A stretch of 64,000 bases of DNA from Candidatus Hermodarchaeota archaeon (GCA_016839365.1 JAEOUH010000070.1:1-64000), one strand, 5' to 3'. Positions 50,241-59,760 are shown, numbered from the stretch's first letter. The notes: generated by a model from the sequence alone, not told the origin. Numbers and translations: made by a program.

Positions 50241-50966
50241 TTATTTTGATTTTGGCTTCGCCCGAGTAAACATCATTAAACCGATGAAAGTCAGTAGAAG
50301 TCCAACGAAACCGAGTGCAAGGATTCCCAACATGAAAGGGGCAACGAAGAACACTAAGGCCATACCCATAGCTGCGATTGTCCATAGGAGAAGTCCGACT
50401 AGAGCTATCAAGTTTCCAGTCTTCATACCGCCTTCTTGTTGTGAGATCACGCGATAGGAATGAATGAAGGGTATTATGAATAAATAGAGAACTGCGAGTA
50501 TCGCACCATAGATTACCACAATCCAGGGCATAGCTAGCCAGCTAAGAAGTCCGTCAGACACGACGAAAGCAGTAGTGGGCGTGGTGAAAAACCAAAGGAC
50601 TGCAAGAAATGAAAGGGTCGCAAGAAGAAACAGATACTTAATCCATGCAGGCGCACTAATAGATTTCGAACTGAACGCGAAGAAAACTAGGAAGAAGCCG
50701 TAGAGTGCAACACAGGACCAGGCTCCAAGATAATATGGGAGCAGTTGATCCGCTGTAGCGGCTGCCGGAAGCAGATAGATCATTGCGGCTAGGATTGCAT
50801 AAGTTCCTACAAGAAAGAAAATAACAAGGAAACTGAGCCAATGATACTCAAGATTTTTTTCCTTAGTAATTGGTGAACTAAATGACAGGAGTGCTAATAT
50901 AAGCACCACAATCAGAGATGCAATTATCATGGCGAAGTGAATTGGTGTTTCAAGAATGTACATCAT
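50241..50966 (-). CDS. standalone 7TM membrane protein, paralog 3
   Basis: ILETPIHF, LPAAATADQLLPYY, VSDGLLSWLAMP; GGAGGG SD before ATG 50966. Confidence 0.82.
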   Translation of the reverse strand: MMYILETPIHFAMIIASLIVVLILALLSFSSPITKEKNLEYHWLSFLVIFFLVGTYAILAAMIYLLPAAATADQLLPYYLGAWSCVALYGFFLVFFAFSSKSISAPAWIKYLFLLATLSFLAVLWFFTTPTTAFVVSDGLLSWLAMPWIVVIYGAILAVLYLFIIPFIHSYRVISQQEGGMKTGNLIALVGLLLWTIAAMGMALVFFVAPFMLGILALGFVGLLLTFIGLMMFTRAKPKSK

Positions 50967-51194
50967 TCCAGAGAAACCCTCCGCGCACACATCCGCTACT
51001 AACTGCTTATAAGTGGTCGCTTTTCATACTCGTAAGTTGACAAATTTTCCACCCTCGATACTCTCCCCACTATTCAGCTGCACCTCGAACCTAGCTTTTT
51101 TCCGATTCCACGGCATTTTCCGGAAAAAACGTGCAGAAGAAAAAGGAAAGCATTTTAAATTCGGTACACCCTTATAAAAGCTGGATAACGGGAG

Positions 51195-51462
51195 TTCCCC
51201 GAGGTGGAATAGAGCACAATAACTTCGCTTACACGATGAGTAAGCCATCTATCCAATCATCACTTCCACGTTCTTCGGGATGCCAGTTTCCACACACAAG
51301 ATATTAAACGAGGTAAAACCAAAACATTACAGCGACAGGATGGGGTTTCCTTTCCCTGTGTCTTTCATTCCCCTCTCCCCCTCTCCTCCTTTATGTCCTC
51401 GTTATGGACGCCCCGTCCCGCTATAGGGTGGCGCACTCTTTTGCGTCACCTTTTACTCTTTG
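51195..51462 (+). ncRNA. putative structured small RNA 2 (C/U-rich loop)
   Basis: TATA-like CTTATAAA at 51171. Stem 51331-51350/51406-51422 encloses a pyrimidine tract with CTCCTCC; terminal hairpin GGTGGCGCA-CTCTTT-TGCGTCACC plus T-run. The 5' end is uncertain. Confidence 0.5.
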
Positions 51463-51958
51463 AGAAAATGTAATGTGTCGTTTTTTGTCACCTTTTATTC
51501 TTGTCCAATCAAGACGAAGTCACACACTCGTCATGGTGATAACTTTATGACTCATCCACCTAAAGACAAAGAACCTTATCCAGTCTAAACCACCCGTAAA
51601 CATATCTTGTGAAACCTAACGGATTTCATTGAACCGCTCTAGGACACCATAGGCTAGAAGATTAGTTCTCAACATACTTGAAGGCCCAAAACAAGAATTT
51701 TCATTGGCACTACTTTTGCCAATCTATTTGAAATACACTCAATCGTGTTTGAAATGTCAAAAATTGAAATTAGTTCTGGTGAGATTTTGAAGCATTTCCT
51801 GTAATGTGACCCAAAAAGCGACAAATCAAGTGGTATTCGTGTTATCTAACACCATCCACAAGGGGACCGAAGTGAAAGTGGTAGTTGAAGAAAACGAGTT
51901 TAAAGACTAAGTATGGGGCACTTGGTGTATATGCCTTCTTAAAATCAAAGGTGATTGA

Positions 51959-52339
51959 ATGATTGAAGATGTACAGATAATCCTCTCAGCACTATGGATA
52001 GCTCTGATGTTTACCTATTTGTTGGGTGATGTATTACGTATCTTTAGCGGTGATTTTGTACCTGGCGAAATGGCTGGAACGAAAGCGTCGCAGAGAACAT
52101 GGTTGTTAGCCGCATTACTAATGCTGATTCCCATTGTAATGCTCTTCTTGTCGTTGGTAGTGCCAAATCCGTGGATTGGCTGGTTAAATATCGTCTTAGC
52201 CGTACTGCTCTTGATAGTCAATCTAGTGGGTGTCCGTTCATATCCCGGATATTATGATCGATTCCTCATAATTGTGGGTTGTGTGTTCAATATTTTCACA
52301 GTTTGGTATGCATGGCAATGGTTATTCGGATTGATCTAA
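51959..52339 (+). CDS. DUF6326-like four-TM membrane protein
   Basis: LSALWIALMFTYLLGDVL...IPIVMLFLSL...YAWQW; GGTGA SD upstream. Confidence 0.72.
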   Translation: MIEDVQIILSALWIALMFTYLLGDVLRIFSGDFVPGEMAGTKASQRTWLLAALLMLIPIVMLFLSLVVPNPWIGWLNIVLAVLLLIVNLVGVRSYPGYYDRFLIIVGCVFNIFTVWYAWQWLFGLI

Positions 52340-52420
52340 TGATCCTGCCTTTGTGTGGAAGCCTTTTGCCAACCCTTTTAAGTTGTTAAGACAGGCTACA
52401 GAGGTTAGGTGACCTTCCCA

Positions 52421-52798
52421 ATGAAAGTTATCGGTGAAGGCCTGATCAGCTTGAATAAGAGTGCTGAAGGTGTACTTCGGGAAATCAAATCCATCCAAGA
52501 TGTATTAACACTGCTCAAAGAATTCAAGGCTGATGAAGAGAAGGGAACCGTGAAAGAGACCATCGTCTTGGTTGAAGATGCAGGAACCACCACGTTAGCG
52601 CCAGTACTTTCACGCCTTAAAGGCGTCATATGCACCTCAGGCGCTTTAGGGTCCCATTTAGCAATTGTAACCCGAGAATTTGGCATTCCAGCTCTCATGG
52701 GGACCAATCTTGATTATGATGGTGAACTCGCGAATCAACGGGTTCGCATCGAACCACGTGAAGGAACCTCAGGGATTTTACTTCTCTCAGAGATTTAG
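52421..52798 (+). CDS. standalone PEP-utilising phosphohistidine (swivel) domain
   Basis: GVICTSGALGSHLAIVTREFGIPALMG; AGGTGA SD before ATG 52421. Confidence 0.88.
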   Translation: MKVIGEGLISLNKSAEGVLREIKSIQDVLTLLKEFKADEEKGTVKETIVLVEDAGTTTLAPVLSRLKGVICTSGALGSHLAIVTREFGIPALMGTNLDYDGELANQRVRIEPREGTSGILLLSEI

Positions 52799-52820
52799 AA
52801 ATCGGGAGTATGAAGCTTCG

Positions 52821-53780
52821 ATGATACGCTCTCTTCGGGACGTACTTCCTGAGCACCTCGGCGATTATGGGGGCAAAGCTGTCAACCTCGCCCGACTTCA
52901 AAAAATCGGCATCCGAGTCCCCGAGGGTATCGTTGTTCCGACCCAGGAATTCAGCCGTTTCTTGAATCAGTGTCAGCATTTAGAGACCTTAAAAATCCTC
53001 CAACAAGAGGAAACCGATATCGAGGCTATTCTGGAGCTTGCAGAAGAATTCTACCAAGACGCAAACAAGTTTGAGATTCCACCAGAAGTTGCACGAGACA
53101 TTAACCATGGGTTTGATTCACTCCGGGGCAATAAACCCGTTCCACACCAAAGCTACGCAGTTCGCTCTTCCGCCACCATTGAGGATACTGTCCAGTTTTC
53201 CTTTGCTGGTCAAGCTGAAACCTTTCTCTGTGTCTCAGATATCTCTTCTATTCTCGACGCTATCAAATCAACATGGCTTTCCATCTTTTCTCCGCGATCT
53301 CTACTCTATCTCCAGGGGAAGGGAATTCCCCTTCGTCAAGTACGGATGGGTGTCATAATTCAAGAAATGGTTCTCGGAGATGTTTCAGGAGTCATGTTTA
53401 CTGCGAATGCTAGTTCAGGAGACATAGCTCAACTTGTGATCGATGCTACTTGGGGGTTAGGGGAAAGCATCGTGGCAGGAAAAGTGACGCCTGACCATTT
53501 CGTACTTCAAAAAATGCCTCTCGCTGTGGTTCATTCACATCTTGGGACCAAAGCTGTATACAGCGCACCCTCTCCAAAGGATCAGCCTAATTGTACGGTT
53601 TTGCTAGAAACTCCTGTAGAAAAACGCGGGACTTACTGTTTAACTGAAAAACAGCTTCGAGAACTGGCCCAATTGGGGTTACTAATCGAAGAGCACTTTG
53701 GAGCCCCGCAAGATATCGAATGGACCTACCAGCATGGACAGTTCGTGGTTTTACAAACACGACCCATTACGACCCTTTAA
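52821..53780 (+). CDS. standalone PEP-synthase/PPDK N-terminal ATP-grasp domain
   Basis: GGKAVNL, AVRSSATIED..SFAGQ, QEMV...SGVMFT, GLGESIV.G.V.PD, PQDIEW, LQTRPIT, then an immediate stop. Confidence 0.92.
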   Translation: MIRSLRDVLPEHLGDYGGKAVNLARLQKIGIRVPEGIVVPTQEFSRFLNQCQHLETLKILQQEETDIEAILELAEEFYQDANKFEIPPEVARDINHGFDSLRGNKPVPHQSYAVRSSATIEDTVQFSFAGQAETFLCVSDISSILDAIKSTWLSIFSPRSLLYLQGKGIPLRQVRMGVIIQEMVLGDVSGVMFTANASSGDIAQLVIDATWGLGESIVAGKVTPDHFVLQKMPLAVVHSHLGTKAVYSAPSPKDQPNCTVLLETPVEKRGTYCLTEKQLRELAQLGLLIEEHFGAPQDIEWTYQHGQFVVLQTRPITTL

Positions 53781-53914
53781 CAAACAGAAATTGGATACGT
53801 TCGATCATTCAACGAAGGCCATTCATGGGTTTCATGTTCGGCATTAACTTAGTCGTTTATGTGACGCTTAAATGGAGGAAGCCTTTATTGTACCTTTCAA
53901 CGAGTTGAACAATT

Positions 53915-55081
53915 ATGATCGGCGATATCAGCACACAAGATGCTAATAACCTGCTTCGACGGGCGAGCCAAGCCAGCACCTACCTGCTCTCACAACGCAC
54001 AGCTCTCGAGTCAAAGCTCTTTCCAGTAACTGCCTACAACAGCGTCGCTTGCGCCCAAATCTACCGAGGATACCAGTACAATCTTTTCAAACAACTAGCC
54101 AACAAAATTACCCCCGAAGAAATTGGTGCGCAGTGTCGCACACTAGCTGCATATCCAAATGTGTTGGGTATGTGGGCGTTCATCGGGCTTTGGGGGCTTG
54201 GGCGGATGCAAGACCTCTTCGATGGAGGCGGTCCTGAACATGAATCAGTTGATAGGCGAAAGGAAGCAAAGTTTCTCATTGATTTCTGGTACCGCATGGC
54301 CACTAGCTATTATGCAAGTGATCGACCCTTGGCTGCTGAAAATAATGATTCAACCCTTGTGTTACCTGACACTATTCTTGAAAGGGTGAAACAGGAACTC
54401 CAACCGATTACTCCGGATCAACGAAACGAACTCAAACGCACTATGGCGCAGTTGTACCTCGCTGAATTTCTTTCCTACTGCGAATGTAGAGCCAGCATCC
54501 ACGAAATGGGCCCCTACCCTCTCAATGACAACGAATACCTCATTTTTCGCGAGTTTTCACCCCTTTATGATGGAACACGCCTGATTTGGGACTGGCATGA
54601 CACGAAAGCAAAATCTCCGATTCCCAATCTCTCTGTCGCGTTGATTGTTAAAGACATGGAGGAACTGGTGTTCACCGATTTTGCCACACTCTTTCCCAAA
54701 CCCGAAGAATATTCTGACCACATCACACAATTTGCCCTGTTCACACGTTACGGCAACAAAATCGAAACCACTCCATTTACCGTGTTGAACGACTTGGAAA
54801 AATTTGCGACAGAGGTTCAAACAGAACTCTATTTGGAATTCGCTGAATGGGATGATGTCAAACGCCTCAAAGCTGGCTCTTCGGTCTTCTTGAAATGGTT
54901 CTATATCTTCACCGATATGGGAAATATCACTGATCAGGTGACGATGGGCTTATCTGAAGACATCGTTGGAGATTACCTCCAAAGAATGCTCAAAGCCATG
55001 GGTCACCCAGCTTGGGCACGTTTGTTCCGTGATAAAAACGAATGTGACAAAGATCCAACCTTCTACGAACTCTTTGACTAG
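53915..55081 (+). CDS. hypothetical protein (candidate substrate-binding partner of the split dikinase)
   Basis: 388-aa soluble ORF (ESKLFPVTAY, CRASIHEMGPY) co-oriented with the PEP-domain genes. Confidence 0.72.
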   Translation: MIGDISTQDANNLLRRASQASTYLLSQRTALESKLFPVTAYNSVACAQIYRGYQYNLFKQLANKITPEEIGAQCRTLAAYPNVLGMWAFIGLWGLGRMQDLFDGGGPEHESVDRRKEAKFLIDFWYRMATSYYASDRPLAAENNDSTLVLPDTILERVKQELQPITPDQRNELKRTMAQLYLAEFLSYCECRASIHEMGPYPLNDNEYLIFREFSPLYDGTRLIWDWHDTKAKSPIPNLSVALIVKDMEELVFTDFATLFPKPEEYSDHITQFALFTRYGNKIETTPFTVLNDLEKFATEVQTELYLEFAEWDDVKRLKAGSSVFLKWFYIFTDMGNITDQVTMGLSEDIVGDYLQRMLKAMGHPAWARLFRDKNECDKDPTFYELFD

Positions 55082-55996
55082 TTGGTGACACCGTTTATGT
55101 CATATGAAGTGTCTCCTATCCATGAGCAATTTCATGACCCCTCTTCTGTATCTGATTGGAAGGAGTCCTACTATTTCCAATTCTACGATCCACAGATCAA
55201 ACTCGCGGCATTCTTCTATATTTCCGCATATCCTAATATTCCCAAACGTGACTACCTCGTGGCCTATCTTGCTGATGGTGACGTTGATATCTACCTAAAC
55301 ACGGAACCAACACCGGGAAAACTCGAAGCTCTCAGTGATGGTAAACTCCGATTTGAGCTCATTCAACCACACGAGCTCTGGAAAATCCACTTCAACGATG
55401 GAAAACGATTCGCTCAACTGGAGTTCACTGGTCGCTTCGACCCATTTGCATACGATGCTAGACAAGCGTATCAACAGGGAGTGCTCGAACAGGAACACTA
55501 TGAGCAAGGCTGCTTCGTCGAAGGAACTATTCGGCTAGCTAGTGGCAAAGAACTTCAGATTGACTGTTATGGTCATCGCGACCACTCATGGGGACTCCGT
55601 GATTACGCCGCTATCAATGAATGGAGCTGGATTGCCGCCCAATTCCCCTGGTGTACGATTAACATCATTAAACTGCACATCGGTGCTAACTACGAAACCG
55701 CCGGGTTCCTTTCAAGCCTGGTTGGAAACCAGCACCTAACCGATATCACATTCAAAACTCATTTTGATACTGATAAGATAACACCTCTCGGTTTTACAGT
55801 TCAGTTCACTGACGAACAACATAAGGAATGGCAGCTATCGTCCACAAAATTACAGACCATGATGTATCCACCACGTCAATCTAAGCCAGGACGAGAAACA
55901 AATATCTACGAAATTGTCTCAGAGTTCACTCTCCATGATGATCCAGGAAAAGGCTACGGAATTGCAGAATACCTCATAAGTCGGGAAACTAAGTAA
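55082..55996 (+). CDS. AttH/tocopherol-cyclase-like beta-barrel protein
   Basis: WKESYYF, EHYEQ, G.I, GHRDHSWG.RD, W.W motifs; abuts the previous gene. Confidence 0.75.
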   Translation: MVTPFMSYEVSPIHEQFHDPSSVSDWKESYYFQFYDPQIKLAAFFYISAYPNIPKRDYLVAYLADGDVDIYLNTEPTPGKLEALSDGKLRFELIQPHELWKIHFNDGKRFAQLEFTGRFDPFAYDARQAYQQGVLEQEHYEQGCFVEGTIRLASGKELQIDCYGHRDHSWGLRDYAAINEWSWIAAQFPWCTINIIKLHIGANYETAGFLSSLVGNQHLTDITFKTHFDTDKITPLGFTVQFTDEQHKEWQLSSTKLQTMMYPPRQSKPGRETNIYEIVSEFTLHDDPGKGYGIAEYLISRETK

Positions 55997-56023
55997 TTCT
56001 GGCTGACGCATTTGGGGAAGAAA

Positions 56024-57730
56024 TTATGGTCGGCGAAGGTACCATATGGAAAAGATTACAACTACCGTTATTATGATGGTTGAGGTCACAATTATGATAA
56101 GCATCGTTGGTGATACAGGTAGTATAGGAATAATGAAATATCCTGAAGTGGGAAGAAGCGTCTGTCGTTGGGCATAATCGTTAACGGTGAAATAGTACGC
56201 AATCTTAGATCCTATCATTCGATCAGCATTTATCTCTCCTTGATAGGATGTTGAAGTGAGACGGGTTAAGAGCTGAGTGTTCCAGGTTCCTGTATCTCCG
56301 ATTCGATAATGGAATTCAATACGTTCGATAGCGTCATCATCTGATGCCTGAATGTCGATGCTGAAAGGTGTTTGTGTTAGGATGAAAGCTGGCGATGTAT
56401 GATTGATTGATGGCGCTAAAAGATCCTGCCTGGCAAAGTAGATATCTTGGTCGGGTCCTCGTCCATCCGTCCAAACGATGTAGAGTCGACCATCGGGACC
56501 GGAGCGCAATGTGAAGTAGTCACCAGGTCGTGTGTATGAAAATGGGGTGCCTTCACTCGTGATTTTAATATCATTAGAGAATGTGGCTCCTCCATCAGTT
56601 GAGTAACTGTAGAAGATATTCCATTCACCTAAACTACCATCTAACCAGGCAACATGAATATTATCTTCGGGGTCGATGTGCATCTCAACCATTCGTTGCA
56701 TATTCGTGCTGTTATCATTGACTTGTATTGGTGTGGACCAAGAGAAGCCACCATCTGTTGATTTGGTCACATAGATTTCATGATCAGTAATGGAGCCTGC
56801 GGAAAAACAAATGTAAACATCATTATTGCTATCAGTGGCACATACAGTGATTAATGAAATGCTCGGGTAACCCCATGTGCTCACTCGAGTAGGCGTTGTC
56901 CAAGTATTGCCTAAATCAATTGATTTTGAAATATAGATCATATCTGGGTAAGCTTCACTTGAGTCCCATGTTGTCATATAGAGAGTGTCATTTGTTGAAC
57001 AGGTGATATAGGGAATACCACCGCGTTCTTCCCATGGGCCAAGTGTGATAGTGGGATCAAAAGAAGTGCCACCATTCGTTGACTTTGTAAAGGTCAGATA
57101 GGCTGTACCGCCATTGGGGTAATTTTCAAAAAAATCCCAGACTAAATAGAGATTCCCATTGGTATCGACACACATGGTTTCTTTGTCATCAAGTCCTGCG
57201 GGCGTATCACTAGCTTGTGTTGGTGGTTGCCATGTCAAACCACCATCAAGCGTTTTAGCGACGCCCATACCCTCTGAAGTACCTCCATATTCAAGGAAGG
57301 CAAAATAGGCATTATCGGTATGGTCTTTTACAAGCCAGGGATCGGATTGCGAACCGCCACCCAATGTAGCCATAAGAGTGTTGTTGATGAATGAATAACC
57401 ATCATCTTCTGAATATGCGAAGCCTACTCGAAGTCCTGGTCCGGTCGGAGTGGCGGCTTCTTTCCACCCTATAAGGATGCGACCATTACTAAGAATCGTT
57501 AATGTGGGTTCCACTTGTTCAGGATAACCTGAATTACCAGTATTGACACGGCGGTTTTGACCAAACCTAACATCTGTTGCCTGAAATTGAAAATGTCCTG
57601 ATTTAGTTGGTGCATGTGATATTAGGGAGAGTTTCTGATATGAGGATGAAACAAATGGAGATAGGAGAAGCTGGATACATAATAAAATGGTGAAAAGAGC
57701 GATTCCTGAAGAACGGAATACTGTCTTCAT
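56024..57730 (-). CDS. exported BNR/Asp-box (sialidase-like) beta-propeller protein with C-terminal membrane anchor
   Basis: Signal peptide; Asp-boxes SEDDGYSF, TLDGGLTW, STNGGTSF, SIDLGNTW, STDGGFSW, STDGGATF; C-terminal TM followed by RR. Confidence 0.9.
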   Translation of the reverse strand: MKTVFRSSGIALFTILLCIQLLLSPFVSSSYQKLSLISHAPTKSGHFQFQATDVRFGQNRRVNTGNSGYPEQVEPTLTILSNGRILIGWKEAATPTGPGLRVGFAYSEDDGYSFINNTLMATLGGGSQSDPWLVKDHTDNAYFAFLEYGGTSEGMGVAKTLDGGLTWQPPTQASDTPAGLDDKETMCVDTNGNLYLVWDFFENYPNGGTAYLTFTKSTNGGTSFDPTITLGPWEERGGIPYITCSTNDTLYMTTWDSSEAYPDMIYISKSIDLGNTWTTPTRVSTWGYPSISLITVCATDSNNDVYICFSAGSITDHEIYVTKSTDGGFSWSTPIQVNDNSTNMQRMVEMHIDPEDNIHVAWLDGSLGEWNIFYSYSTDGGATFSNDIKITSEGTPFSYTRPGDYFTLRSGPDGRLYIVWTDGRGPDQDIYFARQDLLAPSINHTSPAFILTQTPFSIDIQASDDDAIERIEFHYRIGDTGTWNTQLLTRLTSTSYQGEINADRMIGSKIAYYFTVNDYAQRQTLLPTSGYFIIPILPVSPTMLIIIVTSTIIITVVVIFSIWYLRRP

Positions 57731-57838
57731 GGGAGGTAGTAGTATAGAAGCAGTAATAAAAGTTTCAACAATTAGGCATTCTCTGCTTCAAACCTTATAT
57801 CTAGTAAGAATAAAGCTAAGCCATGAAATGCTTTAGAC

Positions 57839-58015
57839 TCACTCAAGAACAATCGCGTCTTCTGAACAATTTTCGACACAACTTTCACATTCTGCGCATG
57901 CGTCTGGGTCCGTGACCTTGGACTTGTTGTCTTCGAGGGTGAAGCATTCGCTTGGGCAGACGTCAACGCAGGTTCCGCAACCAGTGCATTTTGTTTCATC
58001 TACTTTTGGTGGCAT
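57839..58015 (-). CDS. 2[4Fe-4S] ferredoxin
   Basis: CTGCGTCVDVCP and CAECESCVENC; GGAG SD before ATG 58015. Confidence 0.93.
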   Translation of the reverse strand: MPPKVDETKCTGCGTCVDVCPSECFTLEDNKSKVTDPDACAECESCVENCSEDAIVLE

Positions 58016-58203
58016 GTGATGTATCTCTCCTTTGAGGAGCTCTACGCCTAACATTATAAGCGAGATTATCTCCACAGGATGGTAGGTGTTTTTTAACCTT
58101 TACACTCGGTCAAAGTTTCATCCTGTGCGCCCATATCGCAAGCATAATAAGTGTAAGCACTGATTCCTGTCTACTCTCTTTCTTGGTTATTGGAGATGAT
58201 TTG

Positions 58204-58599
58204 ATGCCCTCGAAAAAAACTCGGGTGTTCACCCAAGATGCTCCTTCGCCAGTGGGACCGTATAGTCAAGCAATCCACGCAGGCGATTTTTTGTTTGTGG
58301 CTGGGCAGGTTCCCGTGAATCCCAAAACTGGTGACTTCGTCACTGGGTCAATTGGTAATCAAACCCGGCAATGTATGGAGAATTTGAAGACTATTTTAAA
58401 TGCCGCAGGCGCAAGTCTTGCGGATGTGGTGCGGTCTACGATTTATTTGACGAACATGCAGGATTTCGGCGAAGTTAATGATGCCTATGGAAATTACTTC
58501 GACCTGGATCCCCCAGCTCGTACCACAATTGGTGTCGCTACCCTCCCGAAGGGTGTGGCTATCGAAATTGATGTTATCGCGTACGTGCCCTCGAAATAG
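58204..58599 (+). CDS. ridA: RidA/YjgF/UK114 family imine deaminase
   Basis: AP.PVGPYSQA, AGQVP, PPART, LPKG..IEID. Confidence 0.92.
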   Translation: MPSKKTRVFTQDAPSPVGPYSQAIHAGDFLFVAGQVPVNPKTGDFVTGSIGNQTRQCMENLKTILNAAGASLADVVRSTIYLTNMQDFGEVNDAYGNYFDLDPPARTTIGVATLPKGVAIEIDVIAYVPSK

Positions 58600-58660
58600 C
58601 GACATATGGACTTGGCTTAAAGGTGTAAATTTAAATCACAAGGGTTGGGCATGCTATAGC

Positions 58661-59752
58661 ATGACGCATCTTCATACCGACCTGTGTGATATGTTGGATA
58701 TCCGTGTGCCTATTCTGCAAGGGGGTATGGGGCCTTACAAGACTGAGGACTTAGCCATCGCGGTTACCAATGCGGGCGCCTTAGGAGTTATCAGTAGTAT
58801 CGGGATGGCCGCCACCCTATTACCTGAAGCAGCTCCGGTGGATGCGAAACGATTGTTTGGCGATGACCCACCTATGGTGTTATTGCAAAAATCCATAGAA
58901 GCTGTAGCCAAGGGGACCAAATCATCGAAGGGCGTTTTTGGTGTAAATGTTCCAGTCGCCGCAGAGTTTTTGGTAGCATCAAAGATGTTTGTCGAACAGG
59001 TAATTGAGACCAGGAATGCAGATTCAGATATTGAACGGCGACTACGGGTGTTAATCACCTCGGCAGGGAATCCGAAACCGTGGGCTGAAGTCAAAAACCA
59101 TGGGCTCATCTGGGTTCATGTGGTTCCATCCGTCTATCATGCGAAGAAGGCTGAACGGGCAGGGGCTGATGTGATTGTGGCCTCGGGGCATGAAGGCGGG
59201 GCTCATGTCTCCTGGGATCCCGTCCATTCGATGGTGTTAGTCCCTGCAGTGGCCCAGGCGGTTAAAACCCCAGTAGTAGCTGCGGGAGGGTTTAGTGATG
59301 GTGCGTCCCTAGCTGCAGCTTTATGTTTAGGCGCGGTGGGGATACAAATGGGAACACGCTTTATTGCGACCCAAGAAAGTGATTTTGAATCAATCTGGAA
59401 AGACGCTATCATTAATCATGAGGAACGACAAACGCTTGTTGCACGTGGCTTATTTGGGCCGATGCGGTTCCTTCGAAACCACCGTGCTGAGATGCTTGTT
59501 AAGCAGACACTGGACGATGTTCCCCGGTTTTATCTTGGTGAACCAGTTGACTCGAATAACGCCATATTGAAACTAGAACAATCAGGATTTGTAGATCTCT
59601 TAGATCATAAATCCGATACTGCTTTGATGTTTGGTGGCGAGGTGACAGGTCGCATATCTGATCTGCCCACAACTGCTGAATTAATTGACACCATCGTTGA
59701 GGGTGCAATTAAGGTCTTGGCACAACTTCCTGGAAAGGTTCTCAAATCCTAG
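58661..59752 (+). CDS. nitronate monooxygenase / FabK-like flavoenzyme
   Basis: PILQGGMG, FGVN, SAGNP, GHEGGAH, AAGG..DG, QMGTRF. Start ATG 58661. Confidence 0.9.
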   Translation: MTHLHTDLCDMLDIRVPILQGGMGPYKTEDLAIAVTNAGALGVISSIGMAATLLPEAAPVDAKRLFGDDPPMVLLQKSIEAVAKGTKSSKGVFGVNVPVAAEFLVASKMFVEQVIETRNADSDIERRLRVLITSAGNPKPWAEVKNHGLIWVHVVPSVYHAKKAERAGADVIVASGHEGGAHVSWDPVHSMVLVPAVAQAVKTPVVAAGGFSDGASLAAALCLGAVGIQMGTRFIATQESDFESIWKDAIINHEERQTLVARGLFGPMRFLRNHRAEMLVKQTLDDVPRFYLGEPVDSNNAILKLEQSGFVDLLDHKSDTALMFGGEVTGRISDLPTTAELIDTIVEGAIKVLAQLPGKVLKS

Positions 59753-59760
59753 CTTGGTAT

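Noticed and set aside
48511-50966. Microbial rhodopsin identity for the 7TM paralogs
   Set aside because: No Schiff-base lysine in helix 7 and no RYxxW motif in helix 3.
51463-51950. Possible MITE or gene remnant (imperfect TGTCG..GTCAC inverted pair near 51476 and 51806)
   Set aside because: The match is short and gapped, with no target-site duplication or ORF; at most an operator.
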